NCBI GenBank assembly: GCA_964016885.1
Contig: OZ024743.1
Span: 300,080,001 to 300,144,000 of the forward strand
Length of the DNA stretch: 64,000 nt
Reading direction: 5' to 3'
Origin: Eledone cirrhosa
Lineage: Eukaryota
The translations under genes and the position numbers were made by a program. This document shows, piece after piece, positions 27,216 to 40,861 of this stretch; position 1 is the first letter of the stretch, and each line of letters starts with the position of its first letter. Below the pieces are notes generated by a model, which saw only the letters and a program-made list of their open reading frames with translations, had not been told where the DNA came from and ran no database searches.

Positions 27216-27829
27216 TAACAGTTAAATTCTCATACTCAACAACCAAAAACATAAAACATAAATATAAGTGCCTATAATGCATATAAATGTAAAAATACCA
27301 TAAGTATACCACCAATACATCAAACTAACCATAATATCTCCTCAAATACAGAATTAACGAAAGGTTGTAACTATAGAAACAAAGCAAACTGCCCATTAAA
27401 AGGAAATTGTCTTGTTAACAACATAGTTTATAAATGTAAAGTTAAAACTAAAGATTCTATTTGCTCATATATAGGAGCTACTTCTAACAATTTTAAGGTA
27501 AGGTTTAATACCCACAAACATAGTTTTAAAAATGCCGCACTGGCTAATACAACATCTCTAGCAGAAAAAATTAATAGTTATAGAAATAAGAATATAGAAT
27601 ATGATATGACCTGGAGTGTGCTCAAAAGAGCCACCCCTTATCAAAATAATAGAAATGAATGTAGATTATGTTCCCAAGAACTATTTGAAATAATGAAATC
27701 TAAGGATATCCTATTAAATAAGCGACAGGAATTAATTATATCGTGTAATCATGAACTGAGAAAAACATTTAAATATTATAAACCTAATTAATAAGATATA
27801 TTTTAGAAATTAATATATAATTTAATTTA

Positions 27830-28680
27830 AATGTAGTTAACCTATAACTTTAAATTAATTAAAATTCTACTACAGATGAGATTAAAAAATATTGTGTAAT
27901 CATAAATTGTGAAAAACTTTTAAATATTATTAACATAATTAATATATACTTTGTAAATTAATTTATAGATTAATTTTAGTTTATTTAACCTTTTATTAAA
28001 ATTCCTTTACAGATGAAATATAACAAAATATCGTGTAATCAATAACAGAGAAATATTTTTTAATATTATAAACCTAATTAATGTACAATTTAGAAATTTA
28101 TTTATAAATTAATTTTAATTTAGTTAACCTATAATTTTAATTTAATTAGCTTAAAATTAAAATTCTAATACAGATGGATTGCAGAATATCATGTAATCAT
28201 AAACTGAGATAAACTTTTAAATATATACCTAATTAATATATTCTTTACAATTAAATATATATATATATATATATATTAATTTTAATTTTTGTTAACCTAT
28301 AATTATATTCTACTATAGATAAAATACAAAATCTGCTTTAATTATTATAAACCTAATTAACATATACTATAGAAATTAATATATAATTTTTAATTTAGTT
28401 AACCTATAATTTATATTCTACTACCGATGAAATACTTGATTTCGTTTTCCTTATTACTAAATTCATTTCCTAATATTGATACCATAATGTTAATATTTTT
28501 AATTTAGTTATGCTATAATTAATACTCTACTACTGTTTAACTTCAAAATTCGCTTCAAATATTATAAACCTAAGTAGTATACACCTTAGAAATCAATATA
28601 TTAACTATTTTTAATTTAGTTAACCTATAATTAATAGTCTACTTATATTAAAATGCATAATTTTGCCTTCTTTCTTACAT
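27830..28680 (+). repeat. Degenerate AT-rich tandem repeat in the PLE 3' UTR
   Basis: Recurrent ttagttaacctataat / tacagatg / attataaacctaatta blocks. Confidence 0.6.
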
Positions 28681-28819
28681 TTCCTAATACTGAAACTACT
28701 ATGTAAACACATATTATGATCTAAATGCAGATTAATATTCTATGTTCCTTGAAACCTATATTTACTATTTCCCACTAATAATTTTAATCCCCTCCCCCCC
28801 CATAATTATTTGTATTTGT

Positions 28820-29660
<841 letters not shown>

Positions 29661-29888
29661 TATATCATGTGTATTTTATGTATGAGTATATATTTTACTT
29701 GTCTATTTCTTTTTAATATATTTCTTTTTATTTCTAAATTTATAGATACATTTTATAAATAGGCAGTTGTCTGACAGCCTTAGTAATTACTGACCGCCTT
29801 TACCTACTTCTGCATCTAGATGTAAATATATGTGGCAGTGTTTATGTGTGCGCCTTAATATCCATATAGTTATAATAATAATATATAC

Positions 29889-29941
<53 letters not shown>

Positions 29942-30307
29942 TGTATGTGTGTGTATGTTCGTGGGTATGTGTATGTTTATGTGTATATGCGCGTGTGTGT
30001 ATGAATGTATGTATATGTGTGTATATATGAATGTATATATGTTTATATACGTATGTGTATTTTATCTGTAGATTATAAACATACAGAGACATTAGCCCTG
30101 AATTTTTGTATTTACATACATTTTTTCGACATGCGTATGCATGTGAACATATATTTTTATGCATATCTGTGAACGAAGTTACTTACATATATACACACAC
30201 CTAACTGTATTTTCTTGATATATTTTTGTGTATTTCATTGGTCAATTTGAACTCTGTTCCCAAACAGACCTGTAATTTTGAATTGTTGTTATTATCAATA
30301 AATATAT

Positions 30308-30460
30308 TTCATTATTTCTGAAGACGGCATATGTATGTGTTGGTATGTATATTATATTTGATAGTTTGTATAATTTTGTATAATTTTGTACATAGATCTG
30401 TTGAATATGCATGCCAATTCTAACACATATATGTCCTAGAAACGATCGTTAAATAATGAA
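30308..30460 (+). ncRNA. Type I hammerhead with 114-nt stem II
   Basis: TTCATTATTT-CTGAAGA-[114 nt]-GAAA-CGATCG-TT-AAATAATGAA with a 10-bp perfect stem I. Confidence 0.78.
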
Positions 30461-30549
30461 CTTTTTTTGTTTAATATAAGGAACTGTTTCATTGTTTTAT
30501 TCATTATTTTTTAAATATTTTTTTTACATATATATATATATATATATAT

Positions 30550-31196
30550 AATCAAGGTCTAGCATATAGAGAAAAAGTTTGAAGATAAATTTTAAAAAAT
30601 TCGCAGTACTTACTATATGTGCCTTTACCGCGGTTCCATGCTCCAGACTAAACGGAAAATCCGAGCGGATTTCCATTGAGTAGGCAGCAATCTTCAGAAG
30701 GCTCTTCTCCCTCCGAAAATATAATTTTCCGAGTTCAAATCACAAACTGACCCATACAAAACCATTCCCAAATGAGAGCGAATGATGAAGGAAATAATTC
30801 TGCCTGGTGCCGTGCGCAAAGACAAAAGGCAGGGTGGACAAGTCAATGTCCTGCCACTAGAAATAGCAGCAGTCCAAACGGCCAAAATGTTATCTCTACC
30901 TTAGGGGGAGATGAATAATAATAAATTATGAATTCCTACGTGTAAAAATTACATATAGGGAAACAAGTATTATCCAACCGTATGCCAATGTGGTTCTATG
31001 GCGGGTTAATAAATTAACAAGCCAGGACATATAAAATCAAGGTTTTGCAAATAGAGAAAGCGTTTTAAAATAAATTTTAAAAAATTCGCAGTGCTTACTA
31101 TATGTGCATTTACCGCGGCTTCATGCTCCACAATAAACGGAAAATCCAAGCGGATTCCATTGAGAAGGGAGTAATCTTCAGAAGGCTCTTCTCCCT
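30550..31196 (-). repeat. Diverged 485-bp-period direct repeat in (TA)n with degenerate HHR-like motifs (30621-30702, 31106-31186)
   Basis: About 160-bp block repeated at 30551 and 31037. Minus strand GCCTT-CTGAAGA..GAAA(T)CCGC..GCGG-TA-AAGGC. Confidence 0.55.
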
Positions 31197-31362
31197 ATAT
31201 ATATAGCGAAATCCTATTTCTCTTATATATATATACATATATGACACTCACTTCCATATATAAATATATAATATATCGAGTTAGAAACTCAGAATAATCC
31301 CTTACAATTAAAATAGCTCAAGTAGAAAATTTTCCGAGCCCTATAATATAATTTAATATAAT

Positions 31363-31548
31363 AAATGTTTCTACTTCTGGCACAAGGCCAGCAATTAACC
31401 AGTGTATTACTGGTACTTTATTTTATCGACTCCATAAGGATGAAAGGAAAAGTTAACCTCGGCGGGATTTGGACTCAGAATGGCAAGGGCCGTAACTCTA
31501 TGCGTCAAAGCATGGCGTCCGACACTCTACCGATAATGCCAATCCATG
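31363..31548 (-). mobile_element. SINE
   Basis: Family head, core and tail. Confidence 0.85.
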
Positions 31549-31815
31549 CACAATAATTTAATATAATAAAGTGAGATAAACACAGATATATACATAAGTG
31601 TGTTAAAATCATAGAAGTGAAATGTTTACTAATTCGTATATCCACTTAAGAGCAATAGAATTGTAATTCCCTTCACTTGATGTGAAACAGTTTTACCAAA
31701 GACTGTCTGGATGTTTAAGAGTTAGCACGATTCGGTTTGAACTATTTCTGAATGTATTCTTTTAACTGAGTATGGCAAACCGTATTGTTCATAGTTAGTA
31801 TCTTATTCTCCCTAG

Positions 31816-31880
<65 letters not shown>

Positions 31881-31883
<3 letters not shown>

Positions 31884-32281
31884 TAAAGTTAATCCTTCAT
31901 CAGTGATCTGCCAGCCATCATTGGTATTTCATCGCTTTAAAGACCAAATACCTCCGGTTGGTGCGAGCAACGGCTAAAAAAGTCGTTGGGACACGAATAT
32001 AAATGGGACAGCGAGAGTGTAAACAAACAAAGATGGTGAAGCACTAAAAAGTGAGAAAGAACGAGTCACGTCCCAAATTTCCATGAATATATGTTCGGTG
32101 AAATCGTGAACGAGAGAGAATAAAGACCATCAAACCTGGTTGGAATGTGAGAAGGAATGTGAGAAGGAATGTGAGAGGAAGCAGTAAGAACGAAATAGAC
32201 GGGTCACAGCGGGGAGAAAATATGTGTAAATATGAGAATAAACGTGCTGCGTGGTTGCAAATATGTTACATGTGAATAAAG

Positions 32282-32284
<3 letters not shown>
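31881..32284 (-). mobile_element. 393-bp non-coding unit with 11-nt terminal redundancy in (TA)n, distant relative of the 24726 element
   Basis: gaataaagtta at 31881 and 32274. Shares gtgcg(a/g)gc, ttggtatttc and tgctgcgt..ttgcaaa with 24726-25668. Confidence 0.7.
31893..31961 (-). ncRNA. Candidate non-circularly permuted hammerhead (divergent copy)
   Basis: CCAACCG..GGTA-TT-TGGTCT..GAT-GAAA-TACC..TGGCTGG-c-AGATCA-CTGATGA-AGGA. Confidence 0.68.
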
Positions 32285-32334
<50 letters not shown>

Positions 32335-32358
32335 TATAGATAGATAGATAGATATACA

Positions 32359-32416
<58 letters not shown>

Positions 32417-32492
32417 TGTATATCTATCTATCTATCTATATATCTATATATATTTATATGATCCACTGCGAAACGGGCATCACACCTCAGTA

Positions 32493-32680
32493 AATAATTG
32501 TTTCTACTTTTGGCACAAGGCCAGCAAATAGCCATTGTATTACTGGTACTTTATGTTATCGACCCCATAAAGAAGAAAGGCAAAGTTAACCTCGGCGGGA
32601 TTTGAACTCAGAATGGCAAGGGCCGTAACTCTATGCGTCAAATCATGGCGTCAGACTCTCTACCGATACTGCCAATCCAC
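32493..32680 (-). mobile_element. SINE with probable TSD cacacctca (32481, 32678)
   Basis: Full head with A and B boxes. The uninterrupted target is seen inverted at about 34090-34175. Confidence 0.85.
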
Positions 32681-33085
32681 ACCTCAAATAATAAATGTGA
32701 TAAAGATGTTACACCTCGTCATTTCTATGGTTATCAATTTTATATATATGTTTTTGGCAACCATTCACGATGTGGCTCAATGACGAATTAATTAATTATA
32801 TAATCAACAATCAGAACAATATACAATAAAATATGTCCATAGAATCATTTGATAAAATATATACACCATCTCCTCTCCCAATCAGCATAATCAACAACAC
32901 AAAAAAACAATTAAACCAGGCTATACGATTAAAAGGCACCTAGGAAGAAATAATAGATAAATAAACGACAGCCATCTATTCGCGATCAACCCAGAATTTC
33001 TATAGCACGGGGAAATCGATTAAATATATCGTCGACCCTACACAATTAGGTATAAAATCAAAGTTAGAAGAAAAAAAGTGTATAA

Positions 33086-33166
<81 letters not shown>

Positions 33167-33603
33167 AAGTTTTATTTAAATTGTTGGGTTACAGCGAGTA
33201 AATATTTATAACTGATATAAAAGCACTTAACAAGTATTTGGAGTATATTTACGATATTAAATAAATGGAAACTATATTTATAAAACCATATTTATTTCAT
33301 TATATATATTTCAGGGATATCATATTAAAAATATGGTATGCCTTCTTCAGACAAAATACAATATAAACAGTCTTATAAATAGATAGATTTGACATACCTT
33401 ACAACTTCAACTTCCATTTAAAAAGTTGATTTGGTAGTGAAAAATGTTAGGGACAGTTATAAAAAGAAAGAAAGAAAGCGAAGAAAAAGAAGAAATGCAT
33501 GCAACGAAAAACAGAGAGAGATAGATATAGAGAGATAGATAGAGAGAAGAAATTCATGTAAAGAAAAGACAGGGAGAGATAGATATAGAAAAAACACAGA
33601 GGG

Positions 33604-33634
<31 letters not shown>

Positions 33635-33972
33635 AGAGAGAGAGAGAAAAAAAAATAGAGAGAGATAGATATAGATAGAGATAGAGAGAAAGAAAATAGG
33701 TAGTTGGGCACCAGTTGAATGACGTATCAATGATATATTTATTTATTTATTTATTTATTTAGTTCTAGTATTAAGGTAGAGAGAGATATATGTGGTTAGG
33801 AGAGTAAACAGCCGTTACATAGAGAGAAAAGAAAAATATCCAGAGATAAACGAGGCAGATTTAAAACATTATGTTTCATCAATCTAAAAATATCTAAAAG
33901 TATCAATTCGTATGAACTAGGTATTATAATGTAAATATTCATGAATGAGACACGTATCAATAATGTGTGAAA

Positions 33973-34062
<90 letters not shown>

Positions 34063-34399
34063 AATATATATATATATATATATATATAATTGATTAGCAT
34101 AGAAATGACGAGGGGTAATATCTTTATCACATTTATTATTTATTGAGGTGTGATGCGCGTTTCGCGATGAATCAACTCACGGCTCAATCTGTATCGTTCT
34201 GACCAGACTGTTGAATCGAAAGTTCATCGGACTTCTGGTAAAAACCGTAAGGTGGTCATTCTGTCATTACCATAACAACAGTCCAATGAGCTTTTGATTC
34301 TAGAGTATTGCCATATCGATACAAATCGAGCTTTGAGCTAATCAACTGCGTACCGTGCTTCAAACCACAATACATGCAATGAAGATCTAACTTCTCTGA

Positions 34400-34970
34400 C
34401 TTTCTATTATTATTACAATCTGCCAAGTACCACACCAATATATCTACTGAAAACTACGTATCTCGGGCTCACACTGAAGGATCTAGAGTAACTGGACTTT
34501 GAGATTGGTGTGGCAGTCGGACCTTCGTAAAGACCTGAAGATCCGCATCTTCGTTGCTGTAGTGGAGTCTGTGCTGAAACTTGGACACTGACCAATACAC
34601 TAACTCATATGGTGGATGGGTGCTACATGAGAATGCTGAGCATGGTTCTGAAAATTAATCCGTATACACTGAGGATGAAGAACTCAGAGCGGTAAGGGAG
34701 CCTCACAAAGGTCAGCTCAAGAGAGACACAGAGCAGACTAAAGCTTAGCTGGACATGCTCAACCACATCCAGAGTTGACACCGTACTCACTCATCCTGTG
34801 GGAGCACCTGCATGGACATATTTGAAGAGGAAGATCGAAGTTAACATACGTTGATGCTCTAAGGACAGACACTGGTCTCTTGGAGACGCAGGACATGGTA
34901 CCGATAATGAGGGACAGAGACCGATGGAGAGAACTTGTCCATGGATCTCGGGAATTTTAGCCGCCCTAAA
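34400..34970 (+). mobile_element. RTE-like LINE 3' fragment
   Basis: KIRIFVAVVESV..AETWTLTNTLTHMVDGCYMRMLSMVLKI..RGRSKLTYVDAL..DRDRWRELV. Confidence 0.65.
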
Positions 34971-35759
34971 TATATATATAGCTATTGATGACCAAATATG
35001 AAGCTATTGATGACCAAATTGAAGTTGAAATTTCAAAGCTAACGACTGGTATTATAGCTGAAAAACTACGAGAACTATGGATCGGAGATATCTCAAAAGA
35101 AGAAAACAAATCAAGAAAGGTATGGCAGCAGAAACAATTATTTCTTGATGAATATGTTGCAAATTACGGTAAAGACTCTGGAACCCTGAGAAAAAGCATT
35201 AAAAGTGGACAATCTCATCAACACAACATACGCCAGAACACGTGCCAACACAAACACTCACCTTACCTTGAATCAAAGAAGAACTACGGTAATAACTCTT
35301 CGCTTTTTCTACAAAAAACACCCTATCGCGCACAACATGAACAAAAAGCACAAACACGATAGGTATTCCTTTGACCAGACCATGAGAAGTAGTAAAACCA
35401 GGAGATCATTCTTAAGATCTCAACAGAGACTACCAACAAGGAATGTGGAAACAAAACGTAGAATAACCAGATAACTCTCAAGATCTCAACAGAGATTGCT
35501 CACAAGAAACTGGACGAAAAAACGATCTAAACCTGAAAGCAAACCTAGGTCATTTTCCCAGATTGTTAAAAATAATGCTAACAGGAAGAAAAGTAATATA
35601 CAGAATACCAAAAATAGGACAAAATACATAACGAAACCAAATATAATATCACGACCAAAAGTTCATCAAGCGAACACCAACAGGAATATAAATCCTGAAC
35701 AGAGAAAAATTCATTTTTTAACGTCAGGACAACAAAAACCGGAAAAAGAAAAACTCCAG

Positions 35760-38016
35760 CAGGAAATATAACCAAAACAGCTGTACACGTAGATCCTAAA
35801 ATAATTAATTTATCTAAAAGAGATCTTGACAATGATGAAATGCAAATTCTGTCAAAAGGACTCAAATTCACACCGACTCCAACAGTCAACCACCAAGAAC
35901 TGAAGGAGGATACCCAAGAATTCTGTCGAAAATTACGTCTTGTAGAATTCTTCGCTGATAAAAATAATGAGAGTGATGAATCACTAGTAAAGAATAAATC
36001 AAATTTCACTCCGCCAAAAGGAAGAAATATTTTTCTCGACCAATACATTGACATCCTGTCTAAATTTCCTCTTAGACATAATACTAATGTTAGGCCAAAC
36101 ATTAACAAATCAGAAATGTCTGCACTTAAACGTATACAAAATGATAAAACAATAATAATTAAACAAGCAGATAAAGGGGGTGCAGTTGTTATAATGGATA
36201 CTGAATACTACAAGGATTTAGTTGAGGAACAACTGAAAGACACAACATTCTATCACGAAATACCGTCAAATATGGACCACAACATCATGAAGAAGATCAA
36301 CAACCTGGCTTCAAAATAAAATACCACAACTCATTTACTGATAAGGAAAGAGACTACATCACCAATTTTGAGCCGAAACCCAGCAACCTGTATGGCCTAC
36401 CGAAAGTTCACAAGTCAAAAGAAATACAACTGGCAGTAAGAGAACAAAACAGTGAGTACATTAAATTATTACACCCAAAAGACTTAAAACTTAGTCCATC
36501 ATGCCCCACTCACCGTCTAAGCAATTTTGTTGACATTATTTTGAAACCACTATGTATTCACATACCCAGTTTCATCCGGGATGATATCGACTTCCTGTCC
36601 CATCTTCCCAAAACCACGGAAACGAATTTACTTCTACTCAGTTTTGATGTGGTAAGCCTTTACACCAACATTACACATGATTTAGGAATAAAGGCGGTTA
36701 AATACTGGGTGGAAAAACATAGAGAAGTGATTCCCATTAGATTCACAGCGCCATTTATATTAGACGCAGTTAAACTTATTCTGGAAAACAACACTTTCTT
36801 CTTCAATGGAAAGAATTACATCCAAATTAGAGGCACAGCGATGGGAACGAAGTTTGCGCCCGTTTACGCGAACTCTGTAATGGGATACTTAGAACAACAA
36901 CTCTACCAAGAAATAGAGGAAAAATATAGTACTGACTTTAGAAAGTACATTGAAAAATCTTGGAAGAGATACCTTGACGACTGTTTCATCATCTGGACAG
37001 AATCTCTAGATACTCTGGATGAGTTCAATATCCTCCTGAATAACCTAGACCCATCTCTCCAATTCACAAAAGAGATGAGTAGGACCAAATTACCATTCCT
37101 AGATATAATGATAATCAAAAACGACACCACCATTACCACGGATATATATTATAAACACACAGACACCCATCAATATCTGAATTTTAAGTCGTGCCATCCA
37201 CCTCATACAAAACGCAACATCCCATACTGCCTAGCCAGAAGAATTAGTACCATTGTAGAAGATACGAATACCAGGTACAAACGCCTAACAGAACTAAGAT
37301 AATTTTTGCTCAAACAAAAATACCCATCTCTACTTATAGAAAATGGCATACAGCGGGCTATAAAAATACCTATACAACAACTTAGAACAACCCAAGGAAG
37401 AAGAAACCAAGAACTGGTCATGCCATTTATAATGACACACAACCCATGTCACCAGAATATATTCAACACTGCCAAAGCAAACCTACCGATCATTGCTCAA
37501 AGTAATGAATTAAAAGGCTTAATCACAGATCGATCTTTGACTCTTAGTAAAAGACAGCCAAAAAATTTGAAGCAATTGCTAACAAAAGCAAAGTTTGACC
37601 TTAACAACGAAGACCAATCATTCACTGTATCTAAATGCAATGATAATCGATGCGGCACATGTCAATCCATACACGCCGGTCAATATATGAAAACAAAAAC
37701 TGGAAAAATATTCCCAAATGCAAATATGAACTGCAAAAGCAGAAATCTAATTTACTGCATTAAATGCCCGAATTGTGAAGAACTATATGTCGGTCAAACT
37801 GGAAATGCACTATCGGAACGTGCACGGGTACACCGTCAACAAATCAGAGACCCAAATGTCCGTCAGATACCCCTAAGCGGCCACCTGGCAACATGTGGTC
37901 AGGGAATATTTATAATATTCCCATTCTATAAATTACACAGCCCAAGTGAAATCAAGAGAAAAATCAAAGAAAATAATTTTATTGATAAATTCAAACCCAA
38001 GCTAAATGAACAATAA
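35760..38016 (+). pseudogene. PLE RT plus GIY-YIG endonuclease ORF, disrupted
   Basis: ORFs 35840-36319, 36541-37302 and 37306-38016. Stops at 36317 and 37300, and a frameshift or deletion between 36320 and 36500. Confidence 0.9.
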
Positions 38017-38393
38017 TAACGCCTAGGGGTATTACTTCTACTACCACTATGACCACGACCACTAACAACAACAACAACAACAATAATAATAATAATAATA
38101 AAAGTGATGTTGATGGTGATGATTAATAGAAAATGCTATTTTCATCATTTCAAAAAGCAAAACAATTGATACGTTGGGTATGACTATTGGTCGTTAGCAT
38201 GCTCAACCAGCCGTGACGCTTAAACCAATCAGCTGTAGTGATTCAGTGAAACTACACACTGATTGGTCGAAATACAGTTTACAGGACTTTGCATTCCGGA
38301 GCCACTTTTCTCTGTATAAAATGTATAAAAGGTAGTAAATTTACCCATCTCATTACAGTTGAAAATTGCAAACTCGACTGTCACCACACATCA

Positions 38394-38432
38394 TGAATCT
38401 GAAGATTGCGAAAGCATGAAAGTACTTGTTCA
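38394..38432 (+). ncRNA. Minimal type I hammerhead in pLTR
   Basis: TGAAT-CTGAAGA-T-TGC-gaaa-GCA-T-GAAA-GTAC-TT-GTTCA. Confidence 0.8.
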
Positions 38433-38553
38433 ATTAACACTTAGAATTTAATATTCTATCATACTATTTCATTATAATACCATATTATATTATATATATT
38501 TTAAAGGATTGTAAATAAAACGAGTAAATCAGACAAAGTTGGAATTCCTCTTA

Positions 38554-38589
<36 letters not shown>

Positions 38590-38591
<2 letters not shown>

Positions 38592-40855
38592 GGTAGTGAG
38601 TTTAAAAGAAGTTGCAGCTACAAGTAGCATAGTCGCCTACAATTGAATTTCGAAGCTCTCAATGATAAAGTAATTAAGAATTTGCTCCTCGGATTGAACA
38701 CAATAATTTACATAATAGTGACAAAATGAATAATGCGACCAAAGGCATGTTACCACATTAATACTCCAACAACGAAAAATACAGATAGGTTTAATATAAA
38801 CCTGGCCCTGGTCGATAAATGTTAATCAATAAATATCTTCAATAGGTTTCTGGGAAATCCGTAAGTTATATCCGCAAGTCCGAATTAGGTGGACTTACTA
38901 AAAGGATTTTAGATAGAATTATACCTGAAATTAAGAGCTTGGCCCCTCTTGCACAGTGGAGCGATTCTTTTGCGGTGATTGATTAGTTCAATGGCATATG
39001 CAACATGGAGCATTGCCGTTTTATCCAATTCGACATCACTAACTACTACTCTTCCATTACTTTACCTCTTCTTGTTAGAGCTATCAATTTCGCTAAAACG
39101 CTCACGGGGTTAAGGATTTAGAAATTTATGTCATCCTTAATGCCGTAAGTCGGTGATTAATTTCGACGACTTTATTTGGATTAAAAACATCAAATAGTAC
39201 CCCATTCAACGTGAGTATGGGGGCTAGTGATTCGGCGGAGGTTACTGATCTTGTCGGCCTTTTCCTTCTTTCCTCTATCAAGGAAGAATTCCCCAACCTG
39301 GGCGGTGGTTTGTACCGTGATGACGGTCTTTTGACCACGACAAAGTGCGGTCCGCGCGCTTGCGACAGGTTCAGAAAGGAACTCCCAGCCTTTTTTGAAG
39401 GCTTCAACCTCTCCATACAGGTTGAGGCTAACCTCTCGGTCGTTAATTACTTCTGCATTACCCTCAATTTGTCTAATGGCTTGCACAACCTGTATAGAAA
39501 GCCGAATGATACGCTTAACTACATAAGTGAGCATTCTAACCATCCTGCCAGCATAACCAAGAACCTAGTAAGAAAGATTTATTTGAGGCTTTCCCGTCTA
39601 TCTACAAACGAGAATATTTTCACCGACCATTCCACATAGTACAATGAAGCTCATGCTCGGAGTGTATTTGTCGATAAGGTAGCATATACTAAGTATGAGC
39701 ATAGACCGAGGAAAAATTGATCCCGACACATTATATGGTATAATCCAGCATATAATATGGAGGTGGCCACACCATTAGCTAAGATCTTTCTCCCTCTCAT
39801 TAAGAAGCATTTCCCCTCAGCACATAAATATAATAACATTTTTAATAGAAATACCATTAAAATATCTTACTCTACGACTACTAACTTTGCACATGACATC
39901 ACTGCTTCAACTTTCCTATATTACAGCCCCACATTATACCCTAACGTATAGTACGAACAATACGCGGATAATTTACGTCTTGATGTGGTAGCTAATTATA
40001 TTTTATGTTTATACCATTACTTATTTGTATAGGTAAGCATACCTTACCCGTACGTTTTGTGAAGGTACGTATACTTTCTCGTACGTATATTTGCTTGTAT
40101 TTGTTATAGGCGTATATATTATATATACTGGTACATGTGTATATGGTTATGTGTATATGTGTATTTCGTGTGTGTGTGTGTATACATGTTTGCACGTATG
40201 TAAGGTGCGTACTTTGTGATTTGGTTGACATATTTTAGTGAACATATGTGTATTTACCTGTAGGTATGTGTGTGCGTGCGTTATATACGTATTTATGGGT
40301 GTATATTTATATACGTTTATATAATTATATGTATTAAGACACACATATATATATGTTTTTATATATATATATATATATTTTGTATGTGTATTTGGTATAT
40401 ACGTTCGTATGTGTGCGGGTACAGTTGTCGCTCGAGTTTATGTATGTGTGCACGTGTTTTTGTGTACGTGCTTGTATATACATGCATGGCGGGTCTTTTC
40501 GCGTATGCATGTGTATGTATATATTTAACTATTGTTGATTTCAACAACTTCTGTCATGTTCGTTCTACTAATGTATTTACATTATTTTTAACTCTGAAGC
40601 CGAGTATCAATCGGTTTCGTAAATATATTTGTTTTGCAAGATTTTTTATATGAAATTGTGAGTCGAAACATATATTGTCATACTTGGGGAGGGTCATATT
40701 TTGTAATAATATTGCCAGAAATAGTAACAGGACACACTCAAAGTTTGGTTAGTTTTCGCTTCTGCTTCTTTCATATCTACATAGTTAATTTATTTGGCAA
40801 TCAATGTTTATCATTGACTGACTAACGGATAAAAATACAGATATCAATATCTATA
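38590..40855 (+). mobile_element. Decayed PLE (RT, internally deleted)
   Basis: FIQFDITNYYSSI, VSMGASDSAEVTDLVG, LYRDDGL, YRKPN..YISEHSNHP, TIKISYSTT. Confidence 0.8.
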
Positions 40856-40861
40856 TATATA

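Larger units (their letters stand above)
34985..38500 (+). mobile_element. Near-complete Penelope-like element (Cys-linker type, Neptune-like)
   Basis: LSKGLKFTP, IKQADKGGAVVIM, SFDVVSLYTNI, GTAMGTKFAPVYAN, RYLDDCFIIW, LPFLDI, YLNFKSCHP, KCNDNRCGTC, LIYCIKC..LYVGQTG, and a 3' HHR. Confidence 0.93.

Noticed and set aside
34145-34240. Minus-strand CCGATGA..GAAACGCGCA motif
   Set aside because: Two core substitutions and no convincing stem I.
40590-40690. CTGAAGC..GAAAC motif in the pLTR of the 38590 PLE
   Set aside because: Core mismatch and no stem I. The segments pair better as a plain hairpin.
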